From an uncultured Nitrospiraceae bacterium (GTDB lineage: Bacteria; Nitrospirota; Thermodesulfovibrionia; Thermodesulfovibrionales; UBA6898): 64,000 nt of DNA. The notes below the pieces were generated by a model, which was not told the origin of the DNA, ran no database searches, and saw nothing but the letters and a program-made list of their open reading frames with translations. Below are positions 18,466 to 29,315 of this stretch, piece by piece. The stretch spans positions 1,117,676-1,181,675 of the forward strand of contig CAWEQH010000010.1 in the NCBI GenBank assembly GCA_963811165.1, written 5' to 3'. Every line of letters starts with the position of its first letter. The first letter of the stretch is position 1. A program made the translations under genes and the position numbers.

Positions 18466-20687
18466 ATGAAACGACTAATAAAGCTCGCGCCCCCCTTCCG
18501 TGTATTTTTTATCGTCTTTTGCACAATGCTCATACTGTCCGTCAGCGGCCGGTTCGTTTTTGCGGGGAATTCTCCGGAGACAAAAAAGGAGATAAAAAAG
18601 TCGAACAACGTGACGTTCAATTTCGTCGACGTCGAGCTGCCGGTCATCGCCAAATTCATCAGCGAGATCACCGGCAAGAATTTTATCTTCGACGACAAGA
18701 TCAAGGGAAAGATTACGATCATTGCTCCTTCCAAGCTCTCTGTCGATGACGCCTATGGCCTTTTTACTTCGGTGCTCGAACTAAAGGGGTTCACGCTTGT
18801 GCCGTCGGGTGTCGACGTATACAAGATAATCCCCGCTATCGAGGCAAAGCAGCAGGGCATGCAGATCTCTACGGAGGGCGCACCCATCAACGAAAGCTAT
18901 GTCGCAAGACTCCTTGCTTTCAGGTATGTCTCGGCCGACGAGGCCCTCAGATTTCTCCAGCCGCTTGTATCCAAAGACGGCCATATTTCGATATTCGGTC
19001 CAGGGAACCTGCTCCTTGTGATCGATTCAGGACTGAATGTGGAAAAGATCTCTCTCTCGTCGAGCTGATCGACAAACCCTCCGCGACGGAGATGCCCGAG
19101 GTGGTCCTCCTGAAGTATTCGAGCGCCGATGCGGTGTCCAAGATCCTCAACGACGGGATGGGGAAGGCCAAGTCAAGGGTTGTTCCAGGACAACAGCCCG
19201 GGATAGAGATAGCATCGGCCGTCCCGGACCAAAGGCTTAACGCAGTCATCCTCTTTGGTGATAGGGGCGGAAGGGAATCCATGAAGGCCCTCATCTCACT
19301 CATCGACACCCCTGCCCCTGAGGCACAGGGAAGGATAAACGTCTTCTTCCTCGAAAACGCCGACGCGACCGAATTACAGAAAGTCCTTGAGGGAATGCTC
19401 AGGGGTATGCAGGGATCTAAACAGCCCGCGGGAGCGGCTGCCGCGCCCGCATCGCCCTTCGAGGCCGCAGGCGGTATCAATATTACAGCCGACAAGGCAT
19501 CGAACGCACTGGTCGTTGTGGCTTCGCCGGCTGATTATCAAAACCTCTCCCAGATCATCAGACAACTGGATAAGAGGAGAAAACAGGTATATGTCGAGGC
19601 GATGATCATCGAGGCTTCGATGGACAAGTTGCGCAATCTGGGCGTCCAATGGAGGGCAACTGCGACAAAAGGCGGCGCACCTATCGCCATAGGCGGTATT
19701 GGGACGATAGACCAAACAGCACTTACGAATATCTTGCAGGGTCTTCAGGGGGCGACCCTGGGAGGACTTGGAAACTTTCTTAAAGTGCCCTTGACTACAG
19801 TGGCAAGTGACGGCACCATCACGACAAACACGCTCACAATTCCGGGCTTCGCCGCCTTGTTTAACCTGAGCGATTTCAGAGACTCGGTAAATGTTCTTTC
19901 AACTCCCCAGATACTGACATCGGACAACAAGGAAGCCGAAATCCTGGTCGGCGAGAACGTCCCGTTTATATCGCAAAGCCAGACAACAGCAGGCTTAGGT
20001 GTCACGTCGAGCAGCACGTCGGTATCTGGCATCGTCAATTCCATCGTGAGGCAGGATGTCGGCATTATATTGAAGATCACCCCCCAGATCACCGAAGGGG
20101 ACAACGTCAAGCTCGATATATACCAGGAAATTTCGCAGGTAAAGAACCAGCCTGATGCGCTGACAATCAGCGTAGGTCCCACGATAACGAAACGTTCCAC
20201 AAAGACATCGGTCGTGGTGAAGGACAACCAGACCGTCGTCATCGGCGGACTGATGCAGGAAAATGACGAGGAGACCGTCACGAAGATGCCGGTCCTTGGG
20301 GACATTCCCCTTCTGGGCTGGATATTTAAGACAAAAAACACTACCAAGAACAAGACGAACCTGATTATCTTTCTTAACCCTCATATCATCAAGGAATCCA
20401 GCAGGCTTGCTGAAATTACGAAAGACAAAGATAAGGAGTTTGCCGTGGCCAACAACCGGTTCGTTTCTGGTGAGCTTTTGGTCAAATTCAAGGAAGGGGT
20501 CCCTGAGGAAAAGATCCGTTCAATCATCTCCCAAAAAGGATCGACGGTACTAAAGTATACGGAAAACATCCGGGTGTATCTTTTAAAGCTCAAGAAGGGA
20601 CAGTCCGTAGAAGACGCGGTGCGGGAATTCTCGGACCTGCCTGAGGTCGAGTATGCGGAGCCTAATTACATCGTTACGATAAAGTAG
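18466..20687 (+). CDS. gspD: Type II secretion secretin GspD (1-nt frameshift ~19050) with an extra C-terminal domain
   Basis: FNFVDVEL..TGKNFI N0 domain; QVYVEAMI, STPQILTSDNKEAEILVGENVPF, KMPVLGDIPLLGWIFK; adding one C at AAGATC^TCTCTC restores EKILSLVELID. Confidence 0.92.
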
Positions 20688-20693
20688 CGGAAG

Positions 20694-22223
20694 ATGGAAA
20701 CCATCGCGGTCATTCACGACGAAGACGTAGAGCACCCTCTCATTAAGGAAGTCCCCCATTCTTTTGCAAAGGCCAATATGCTCATGCCCCTAAGAAGGGA
20801 AAACGGTCATCTCCTGGCGGCCGTTGCCGACGAAAAGGGGGTCCTGGCGCTCAGGGAACTGTCAAGGCATTTCGGCCTTTCCCCCATGCCGCTTAGTGCG
20901 GCGGCCGGCGTGGTCATAGATGCAATAAACAGGTTTTACGGTCAGGTCGGCTCATCGGCAGAGGATGTGATGGACAATATCACGGGTGAGGACCTTTCCG
21001 CCGTCGCAACGGAGTTCGAGAAACCCAAGGACATCCTTGAACTTACCGAAGACGCGCCGATCATCCGACTTCTGAATGCCATCCTCCAGCAGGCGGTAAA
21101 GGAAAGGGCAAGCGACATCCATATCGAGCCCTATGAAAAGGAACTCGATGTGAGGATGAGGGTCGATGGGATTCTCCACCGCGTGTTGACCCCTCCCAAG
21201 ATCATCCAGGACGCGCTTATAAGCCGCGTAAAGATCATGGCGAACCTCGACATTGCCGAAAAGAGACTGCCGCAGGACGGAAGGATCAGGCTCCTCATCG
21301 GCGGCCGGGACATCGATATCAGGGTATCCGTGATCCCTACGAGCTTCGGGGAGCGCGCTGTTCTGAGGCTTCTGGACAGGAAACAAGGCCTGATAGGGCT
21401 CTGGGAAGTCGGTCTCGACGAGACCGACGGGAAGCGTCTCGAAGAACTCCTTAAAAGGACAAACGGCATCATCTTGGTTACGGGCCCGACAGGAAGCGGC
21501 AAGTCAACGACACTCTATGCGGCCCTTAACAGGGTCCATACCGAAGAGAAAAATATCATTACGGTCGAGGACCCGGTCGAATACCAACTCAAGGGGATCG
21601 GCCAAATCCATGTCAATCCGAAGATCGGCCTGACCTTCGCCTCCGGCCTGAGATCGATACTCAGGCAGGACCCCGACGTCATCATGGTGGGAGAGATAAG
21701 GGACGTAGAAACTGCCGAGATCGCCATCCAGGCCTCTCTCACCGGCCATCTCGTCCTGAGCACTCTCCACACAAACGATGCGCCCTCTGCGATCGTGAGG
21801 CTCATAGATATGGGGGTCGAGCCCTTCCTTGTGGCCTCGTCTCTGATGGCGGTCCTCGCGCAGAGGCTGGTGAGGGTCATCTGTCCTCACTGCAAGGAGC
21901 CATATGCCCCTTCGGAGGTTGAAAGGTCCTATTTCGAAAAGGTTCCTGCCGGCGGCGCCCTGACATTGTACAGGGGCAGGGGTTGCGATAAATGTCAGGG
22001 TAAGGGATATCTCGGAAGGACCGCTATCTTTGAAACGCTGATAATATCCGACGCTGTACGACAGATGATCTCCGACAAGATCGATTCGCAGAGTATTAAG
22101 AGTGCAGCCGTCTCCGCCGGGATGAAAACGCTTAGAAACGACGGCTTCGAAAAGGCATTGAAGGGGATAACTACGGTCGAAGAAGTCCTTAGGGTTACAC
22201 AGAAAGACCTTGTCGAGGGCTGA
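20694..22223 (+). CDS. gspE: Type II secretion ATPase GspE
   Basis: ASDIHIEP, GPTGSGKSTT, LRQDPDVIMVGEIRD, TGHLVLSTLHTND, CxxC..CxxC. Confidence 0.96.
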   Translation: METIAVIHDEDVEHPLIKEVPHSFAKANMLMPLRRENGHLLAAVADEKGVLALRELSRHFGLSPMPLSAAAGVVIDAINRFYGQVGSSAEDVMDNITGEDLSAVATEFEKPKDILELTEDAPIIRLLNAILQQAVKERASDIHIEPYEKELDVRMRVDGILHRVLTPPKIIQDALISRVKIMANLDIAEKRLPQDGRIRLLIGGRDIDIRVSVIPTSFGERAVLRLLDRKQGLIGLWEVGLDETDGKRLEELLKRTNGIILVTGPTGSGKSTTLYAALNRVHTEEKNIITVEDPVEYQLKGIGQIHVNPKIGLTFASGLRSILRQDPDVIMVGEIRDVETAEIAIQASLTGHLVLSTLHTNDAPSAIVRLIDMGVEPFLVASSLMAVLAQRLVRVICPHCKEPYAPSEVERSYFEKVPAGGALTLYRGRGCDKCQGKGYLGRTAIFETLIISDAVRQMISDKIDSQSIKSAAVSAGMKTLRNDGFEKALKGITTVEEVLRVTQKDLVEG

Positions 22224-22236
22224 CCGGTGCTTGGAA

Positions 22237-23412
22237 ATGCCGATCTTTTATTATAAGGGATATAAGACGGACGGGACCCAGGCAACGGGAACTATCGAGG
22301 CCGACGGGATCCAGGACGCTATCGCGACTATCAAGGCCCGGGGCATCTACCCTAAGGACGTAGGCACATTTGAGCATAAGGAAAACAGATGGTTTTCGAA
22401 AAAATATGATACGGCCCTTCTCCCCTACATCACACGGCAGCTTTCGACGCTCCTGTCCTCCGGCGTTCCCTTGATCGACGCGCTCAGATCGCTTTCGGAT
22501 GAAAACAAGGGGTTTTGGAGGGGAGTGTTGGTTGGCATAAGGGAGAACGTTGCGGCCGGAGCAAGTCTCTCCAGGGCACTCGAGGCACATCCCCGGCTGT
22601 TCCCTGAATTTTATATCAATATGGTAGCCGCAGGTGAGCAAAGCGGCGCCCTCGACAGGGTGCTGATACGGGTAGCGGACTTCCTCGAAAAACAGGCGTC
22701 GATACAGTCAAAGCTCCGCGCCGCAATGATCTATCCGGTTTTTATGGCCTCTGTGGGCTTTGTCGTCATGTCTTTCCTGTTCACCTTCGTCGTTCCAAAG
22801 ATCGTAAAGATATTTGAAAACAGCAAGAGCGCCCTCCCCTTTATTACGGTAGTTCTTATCACAATAAGCAACTTCTTCGTAAATTACTGGTGGCTTATCA
22901 TAATCCTCGCGGTCGCCGGTGTCATGGCGATGAGGAGACTTCGTGAAAAACACGGACGCTATCTGGATACGCTGAAGCTGAAACTCCCTGGGAATGTCAT
23001 GCAAAGCCTCTATTTCGGCCGGTTCGCAAGGACCCTCGGATTTCTTCTCGGCGGCGGACTTCCGATGCTCAAATCTCTCGAACTCTCCGCAAAATCGACC
23101 GGCAACATCGTCGTCGAAGAGAGGATCAGACAGGCGGCAAAAGGAGTGGCGGAAGGGGCCCGCCTTTCCACTTCGCTCGAAGGTTTTCCGCCGGTGCTTC
23201 TTCAACTGATCGCCACCGGTGAAAAAAGCGGCTCTCTCGTAGAGGTGTTGGACAAGACCGCTGATTCATACGAAGAAGATTTCGAGCGGAGGGTGCAGAA
23301 GGCCCTTGCGCTTTTGGAACCCTCCATGATCCTCCTTATGGGGATTGTCGTGGGGTTTATCGTGCTTGCCGTGCTCCTGCCTATGTTCCAGCTGAATCAA
23401 CTGGTCAGATAA
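22237..23412 (+). CDS. gspF: Type II secretion platform protein GspF
   Basis: RQLSTLLSSGVPL, AAGEQSGAL, AMIYP, LLEP motifs. Confidence 0.95.
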   Translation: MPIFYYKGYKTDGTQATGTIEADGIQDAIATIKARGIYPKDVGTFEHKENRWFSKKYDTALLPYITRQLSTLLSSGVPLIDALRSLSDENKGFWRGVLVGIRENVAAGASLSRALEAHPRLFPEFYINMVAAGEQSGALDRVLIRVADFLEKQASIQSKLRAAMIYPVFMASVGFVVMSFLFTFVVPKIVKIFENSKSALPFITVVLITISNFFVNYWWLIIILAVAGVMAMRRLREKHGRYLDTLKLKLPGNVMQSLYFGRFARTLGFLLGGGLPMLKSLELSAKSTGNIVVEERIRQAAKGVAEGARLSTSLEGFPPVLLQLIATGEKSGSLVEVLDKTADSYEEDFERRVQKALALLEPSMILLMGIVVGFIVLAVLLPMFQLNQLVR

Positions 23413-23572
23413 AATCTCCGGACTTCTTTCATCTGCGCTTTGAATGAAGGGATGTGTGGCGCCTTGCAAACCCATCTCCAAAATCTTTTTTCCCCTGTCG
23501 TGAATCGGTCCCGTTTCTGGTATATTGTAGTTAGTGCCGATTCGGAAGCCCGGGTTAAAGGAGGAGATAAAG

Positions 23573-23962
23573 ATGAAAAAGTATCTGTTTCTCGTATGCG
23601 TAATCGCGCTTATAGGGGGCTGCAGTTCAGCCGGAGGCATAAACATAATCTCTCCGAGTACACCTGATACCGAGGTAAAGGAAAAGGTAAGCAAGGCGCC
23701 TGTCACGAGACTTCAGGCAGTTCCCGAAAGCGAGCTGAAAGACCATCGCCAGGCACCTCCTCCCCAGGCTGCGGCGGGGATGCCACCGAAAACCGACATG
23801 GCAGCGGTCACCGATCGCTCTGGCGCCGGTCCCGTCCCTTCGATCAGGTCCGGGCAGGCCCTGGAGGCCCTGATCATCCTCCTCGAAAAAAAGGGGACCA
23901 TACAAAGGGAGGAACTCCTTCAGGAGATAAGGAACCTGGAGGAAAAGGACCGTACCAAATGA
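23573..23962 (+). CDS. Hypothetical lipoprotein
   Basis: GGAGGAG RBS, lipobox LIGGC, Pro-rich linker, C-terminal ALIILLEKKGTIQREELL helix. Confidence 0.7.
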   Translation: MKKYLFLVCVIALIGGCSSAGGINIISPSTPDTEVKEKVSKAPVTRLQAVPESELKDHRQAPPPQAAAGMPPKTDMAAVTDRSGAGPVPSIRSGQALEALIILLEKKGTIQREELLQEIRNLEEKDRTK

Positions 23963-24141
23963 ATTTGTAATTTTATGATGTATAAATTCACCGCTGAACG
24001 TCACTTTGTATTTATAAATACAGGTTGACACATGCCGTGCATAGGATTAATGTCGATATAATATCGGTGTCATATGTCAATTCGTTCTTCGTTGGGAAGG
24101 GTTTATAGGATATGCGCCGGAGCCCAGACTTCGGGAAAATC

Positions 24142-24170
24142 TTGACAACCTCTTTAAAGAGAGGTAAAAA
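24142..24170 (+). promoter_or_regulatory. Promoter with a palindrome in the spacer, upstream of the rhodanese
   Basis: TTGACA-17-TAAAAA; ACCTCT-N6-AGAGGT at 24148-24165. Confidence 0.45.
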
Positions 24171-24265
24171 CCGCAGTATAGTGATTTTTTAAAAAAAGGA
24201 GGTGATGGGAACCAATCATCTTATCGCATGTTCATTAGAATCCAGAAGAAGGAGGCAAATGGAGA

Positions 24266-25507
24266 ATGACTTTTATGAAGAATGACTCGAGACGATTATT
24301 CTTTCTTATCCTGTCGGTTTTCCTGATACTGATACCCCTTTATCTTTATAGCTGCAGCGGCGGAGGCTTTGAAGACCCTAAACTGCAGGCCACCTCGACA
24401 TCTGTCCTCATATCGCCGCAGACCCTAAACGGATGGATAGCCAACGGATATGGGATTGATTCGCACGGCTTCAACAAAATCGTGGTTCTGGATGCTACCA
24501 CCGCGGCTGGAACAACCAGCTATACAACCACTGGTCATGTGCCCGGTGCATTTCTTGTGGAACCGGCCACTGACCTGTTTGCCTCGCGCTCGGACGGGGT
24601 AAGCAGTGTGATATCAGAGGTCGCCACAAGGTCCCAGATTGAGGATGTAATCCACCGTACAGGAATAGACCAGAATACTGTAGTTGTTATTACCGGCGAC
24701 AGCATACTCAATGTCGGCACGACTTACTTTACTTTCCGGTACTGGGGATTTCCCAAGGAAAGACTGAAAGTGATGAACGGCACTAATGCAACATACGCCG
24801 CAGCCGGGTTCGCCCTCGAAAACACGGTGCCTCCCGCGCCGACCGCTTCCACTTACAGCGTATGCCAGTTAACGCAAAACACTTCTATGAGGGCGTCTTT
24901 AAGCGACATGATAAGCCTTTCTGAAGGCTCGACACCAAATGCATTCGCATGGGATGTCAGGACCCCGAATGAGTTCAACGGGGTTGCGGGCAGTACGACC
25001 GGTCCCAGCGGCAGCGCGACTGTCGGATATACTGCCTTCGAGGGCCACATAAACGGTGCGGTAAACCTTAATTATACTACCCTCCTGAGTTCCGACCAGA
25101 AGACGTTCCTCGATACGGACACAATCAGAACGACCCTGAATTCGATCGGCGTGACACCGGACAAACGAACACATGTCTACTGAAGGACCGGTGCAAGGGC
25201 AGCAGTTAGCTACCTGATATTAGACGGTATTTTAGGTTACCCGGCAAAGTTATATGACGCTTCCTGGATAGAATGGGGCCAGATGGCAGACGTGGCAAAA
25301 TCCGGCGGACTGACGGCGGACTCTCCATGGAGGACGGACAAGGCAACCCGTTCAGCCGCGATCACTTACAATACGGACGCGGGCAAACCGGTCGAACAAC
25401 TCGTTGGCGCCAACTCCTATTCCCTCCGCGCAGATGGGGTGAATCTGACTGATGCCTCTTCATGCGGCGGCGGCACAGGCGGCGGACCTATAGCTCCGGG
25501 ATATTGA
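24266..25507 (+). CDS. extH: ExtH-like tandem rhodanese lipoprotein with probable selenocysteine (TGA 25181-25183)
   Basis: GHVPGA, WDVRTPNEF, GHINGA; reading through TGA gives HVY-U-RTGARA...LYDASWIEWG with no further stop until 25507; lipobox-like LYSC. Confidence 0.85.
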
Positions 25508-25517
25508 GAAGCGGCCG

Positions 25518-25796
25518 ATGACCAGGTTCGCGTTCTTTTTCGTTGCGCTGCTGACGTTCGCGGTATGTCTCGCGACCATTGGCCCGAAGAAAGGCTTCGC
25601 AATGGGCACCAAAAGCGGTTTTGAGCAGATCCGAAAAGACGAGATACAGAAGGAACAGACCGACAAGGGCGCCGGAGGGAAAAATAACGGCGGGAAGGAA
25701 CTGCGAAAAGATCAGACCGGGGAGAAAGAAGAGAAGTCCCCGCCGGAAAAAAAGCCGCGGCTCAAATACAGGGACCCATACCAATGCGGATGTTAG
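25518..25796 (+). CDS. Small exported charged protein ending in CGC
   Basis: Hydrophobic N-terminus, Lys/Glu-rich body, KYRDPYQCGC end; lies between the rhodanese and the porin. Confidence 0.6.
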   Translation: MTRFAFFFVALLTFAVCLATIGPKKGFAMGTKSGFEQIRKDEIQKEQTDKGAGGKNNGGKELRKDQTGEKEEKSPPEKKPRLKYRDPYQCGC

Positions 25797-25850
25797 AGGT
25801 CAGATTTTTTGCCGATTGCAACAACTCTACAAAATGATAAGGAGATGTGC

Positions 25851-27053
25851 ATGAAAATATTCAAAAGAACATCAGGAGTTCTTTTACTGGTTATTACCTT
25901 TCTGATCTTCGCCGGGACGGGAACGGCCCATGCCGGTCCTGTGATCAAAATCAGCGATGAGTCCTGGCTCATGATCAACTATGAGATGCAGCTCTATGTG
26001 CAGTCCAGGGACACCGGTTCAGGCGATAACAGGGACAGCACCACCAATGATATCTTCTTCAGGAGAAACAGACTCTCCTTCATAGGCCAGGCAACGGACA
26101 CATACGGGTTCGTCTTTGCGATCCAGCATCAGGGAGAAAAGAGGATACAAGACATCGAGGTATCTGATATCCCCGGCAAAAGCTTCGACGTCCTCGACGC
26201 CTTTTTGTCAGCCGATTGGACGGACGCCTTCAGACTCCGCGCCGGTCTCACGAAAGACCCTCTCTCCAGGGAAACAAACGAGGGATGCTTCTTCCCCCTC
26301 AGCGTCGACCGCTCCCTCTTCGGCTATACCAACCTGCCCCGCCTCAACCGCGATTACGGGCTTGTCCTGTGGGGCAATCTTTTCGATGCGAAGGCGCAGT
26401 ACAGGCTGGCGGCAATGAAAGGCAATGACAGCGGCGACGACCCTCAGAGTAACTTCAGATACACCGGCAGGGTGCACCTCACCCTCCTGGACCCCGAATC
26501 TTCTCTCGTGTACCGTGGTACATATCTGGGTACCAAGAAGGTCCTGACTTTCGGTGCAGGGTACCAGTTCGAGTCAAACGCCGTCTTTGCAAATCTTTCT
26601 GGCAGGCTGCTGCCGAAGGACTATCAGGCATGGACCTTCGACGGGTTCTTCGAATATCCCACTCCTTCGGGTACCTTCACCCTTTCGGGTGCGTATTTGA
26701 AAACCGATTTCGACAACGCCTTCAAGGGAGCGGACCCTGACCCCCGCAGTGTGGGAGAAAATGGTGAGAAAAAGGGATGGTATACGAAGGCTGGATATAT
26801 GCTGCCGAAGAAGGTAGGCCCGGGCAATCTCCAGTTCTTTGGTCGGTATGAAGAATGGAAGTTTGCACAGCTTTCGGGGATATTTGATCAGAAGATAAAA
26901 TGGTGGGCCGTCGGCGTCAATTACCTGCTCAAGGGTCAGGACTTGAGGGTGACGGTTCAATATGACAAGACGGATTATGGCACGCAGGACCCGACAAATC
27001 CGAATTCCCAGAACTTCAACACGTTAACCGCAATGCTTCAGTTCCTGTTCTAG
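25851..27053 (+). CDS. extI: ExtI-like (OprO/P-type) outer-membrane porin
   Basis: Signal AHA, FRRNRLSF, SRETNEGCFFPLSVDRS, RDYGLVLWGN, YRGTYLG.KKVLTFGAGYQ, terminal F. Confidence 0.8.
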   Translation: MKIFKRTSGVLLLVITFLIFAGTGTAHAGPVIKISDESWLMINYEMQLYVQSRDTGSGDNRDSTTNDIFFRRNRLSFIGQATDTYGFVFAIQHQGEKRIQDIEVSDIPGKSFDVLDAFLSADWTDAFRLRAGLTKDPLSRETNEGCFFPLSVDRSLFGYTNLPRLNRDYGLVLWGNLFDAKAQYRLAAMKGNDSGDDPQSNFRYTGRVHLTLLDPESSLVYRGTYLGTKKVLTFGAGYQFESNAVFANLSGRLLPKDYQAWTFDGFFEYPTPSGTFTLSGAYLKTDFDNAFKGADPDPRSVGENGEKKGWYTKAGYMLPKKVGPGNLQFFGRYEEWKFAQLSGIFDQKIKWWAVGVNYLLKGQDLRVTVQYDKTDYGTQDPTNPNSQNFNTLTAMLQFLF

Positions 27054-27304
27054 CTGTTGTATTTCACTCGTCTCCGGGGAAAGACATAGATCTCTTTCCC
27101 CGGGGATTTTCTTATCGCAGCGCCACATCTCCCCATCCCCGCCCGGCACCGTAACCAACAAGCATCGATCACTTTGCCAAGAGAAACAGATGTTCTCTCC
27201 TCCCAATACGTGCACTTTTTAAAATAGGAATGGAAATATTGTATACTAAGTATCGAAAGAGGGAGCAGTGTTTGCGGTATTTCATACAACCCTTCGGAGG
27301 TGGC

Positions 27305-27796
27305 ATGAATAAAAGGTGCAACGGTATTCCCGAGGCGGCAAAAGCGGCCTTCCCCAGCGATGGAATGACAGGCAGCGAGGGCTTCACCCTTCTTGAAATA
27401 ATAGTCGTCGTCTTTATCCTGAGCCTCCTCGTTGCGATCGTCGCGCCGAAGATCATGGGCAGGACCGACGACGCAAAGATAGCGGACGCCAAAGTCCAGA
27501 TAAAAAACTTCGAGACCGCACTTAAGCTCTACAAGATCGACAGCGGCTCTTATCCGACCACTGAACAGGGGCTCGAATCGTTGATCGAAAAACCTGCGAC
27601 CGGACAAATCCCGGGCAAATACAGGGAAGGCGGCTATCTCGAGCAGAAGAAGATCCCTCTTGACCCCTGGGGAAACCCTTATATTTATGTGTCCCCCGGC
27701 ATCCATGGTGACTTCGATATCCTTAGCTACGGCGGAGACGGCAAAGAGGGCGGTGAAGGCAAAGACGCGGACATTAAAAGTTGGGACATGCAGTAA
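27305..27796 (+). CDS. gspG: Major pseudopilin GspG
   Basis: GFTLLEIIVV, YPTTEQGLESL, DPWGNPYIY, SYGGDGKEGGEGKDADI. Confidence 0.96.
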   Translation: MNKRCNGIPEAAKAAFPSDGMTGSEGFTLLEIIVVVFILSLLVAIVAPKIMGRTDDAKIADAKVQIKNFETALKLYKIDSGSYPTTEQGLESLIEKPATGQIPGKYREGGYLEQKKIPLDPWGNPYIYVSPGIHGDFDILSYGGDGKEGGEGKDADIKSWDMQ

Positions 27797-27865
27797 GACC
27801 CGTCCGACTTCTTGTTTGTAATATTTTTGCAACTGGAAGGTAAGGATCAGGCGGGGTCAACGGGA

Positions 27866-28375
27866 ATGAGATCGTTTTTTTCACGGTTTACGGTTTACGC
27901 CTGCCTGTCCGGTAGGCAGGGCTCACGGTCCACCGAAGAAGGTTTTACCCTTCTTGAATTGGCAGTGGTGGTCTTCATTATCTCCATGCTTGCGATGCTC
28001 GTCTTTCCCGCTTTTTTCGGCACGGGCAACAAGATAACGGCAGAGGCGAGAAAAACAGCCTCGCTCCTGAGGTACCTAAACGATAATGCGATTGCGACAA
28101 AGAACACATATCCCCTGAAGTTCGATATTCCTAACGGCGTCTTGTCATGGCAGGGTCCCGACGGTGAAAAGACCGAAAGACTGAAGAGTCTCGCCTCCCT
28201 TACGCTGACCTCTAAAGGCAATATCAGAGAAGGAGAGGTCACGGTATTTTTCGGCCCTCTCGGGCTCGGGGAGAACCTGGCGGTGCACCTCAGGGATGAG
28301 GACAAGGACATGACCGTATCCTTAAGTTCCCTAAGCGGCAGGGTAAAGATTGTTGAGGGGAGGCAGGAAGAATGA
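27866..28375 (+). CDS. gspH: Minor pseudopilin GspH
   Basis: GFTLLELAVV prepilin motif; position after gspG. Confidence 0.85.
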   Translation: MRSFFSRFTVYACLSGRQGSRSTEEGFTLLELAVVVFIISMLAMLVFPAFFGTGNKITAEARKTASLLRYLNDNAIATKNTYPLKFDIPNGVLSWQGPDGEKTERLKSLASLTLTSKGNIREGEVTVFFGPLGLGENLAVHLRDEDKDMTVSLSSLSGRVKIVEGRQEE

Positions 28376-28713
28376 AGAGGAGGTTGGGGTTTACTCTTCT
28401 TGAGGTCATGCTGGCACTTGCCATCGTGGGAGGCCTTCTCATCACCCTTCTTTATTCTCTCAATTATCACCTGGGCGTGGCTGAAAGACACTCGACCGTC
28501 ACCATCGCCACCATGCTCGCCAAAAGCAAGCTTCTCGAAATAGAAAAAAATCCGGCGGCCACGAAGGGCAATTTCCCCGATCCTTACACCCAATATCATT
28601 ACACTACCGAGGTAAAGGACTCTCCTTATCCCGGCATTATTGAGTTCTCCGTCAGCGTCGTAAACGGGAAAGAAACCGTAACGTTCAGCGAACTTGCCGG
28701 GAAACTGCCATGA
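28372..28713 (+). CDS. gspI: Minor pseudopilin GspI
   Basis: GFTLLEVMLALAI; 4-nt overlap with gspH. Confidence 0.85.
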   Translation: MKRRLGFTLLEVMLALAIVGGLLITLLYSLNYHLGVAERHSTVTIATMLAKSKLLEIEKNPAATKGNFPDPYTQYHYTTEVKDSPYPGIIEFSVSVVNGKETVTFSELAGKLP

Positions 28714-29315
28714 AAGAAACGTGCCGGTCCGATAAGGGCTTCACACTCATCGAGTTATTGATAGCGACCGTCCTTCTGTCGATCATCCTCTCTGCTGTAT
28801 ACGGGGCCTTCTTCATTTCCCATAGGGCGATGACCGGGCTCGATGAATCGCTTGTGAGACTTCAGGAATGCAGGACGGCCCTCGACGTTATGACCAGGGA
28901 ATGCGAGTCCCTCCTCTATAAGTCGGGCAACGCGAGTTCTCTTTTTAAGGTGGAAGACAGGGACTTTTACGGCAAGCAGGCGTCGCAGCTCGCCTTTACC
29001 GCCTTTTCGCCTCTTTCTTCGGGCATTGTGCTGATCTCTTATTATGTCGAGGAAAAAGACGGGGTCTTAACACTTTTTAAAAAAATGGACAACGCCTATA
29101 AGCCAGACATTAATGCAAAGGGCGAGGAGCTGATCGAGGGGCTCGAATCTTTTTCGGTCGAGATAAATGACGGCACAAAATGGGTCAAGACATGGGACAC
29201 CTCTGAGACGAAGCAGGCGCCCATTGAAATCAGGATCACTATCACGACAAAGATCAAAGACAGCCCTGTCAGCTTTTTCGATACGGTCAGGCCGAAGATA
29301 GGCAGGGCGATATGA
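28710..29315 (+). CDS. gspJ: Minor pseudopilin GspJ
   Basis: GFTLIELLIA; C-terminal W..TWD....P..IRI. Confidence 0.85.
   Translation: MKETCRSDKGFTLIELLIATVLLSIILSAVYGAFFISHRAMTGLDESLVRLQECRTALDVMTRECESLLYKSGNASSLFKVEDRDFYGKQASQLAFTAFSPLSSGIVLISYYVEEKDGVLTLFKKMDNAYKPDINAKGEELIEGLESFSVEINDGTKWVKTWDTSETKQAPIEIRITITTKIKDSPVSFFDTVRPKIGRAI

Noticed and set aside
19040..19070. gspD break as programmed frameshift or split secretin
   Set aside because: One missing base restores a normal sequence and similar indels occur throughout the window; error is more parsimonious, though slippage in the short TC run is not excluded
23836..23862. PSIRSGQA segment as an in-frame palindromic insertion
   Set aside because: Resembles small repeat elements but is degenerate and has no clear second copy in the window
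25184..25260. Specific SECIS hairpin call
   Set aside because: Only weak alternative stems are visible; cannot be supported without folding or model search
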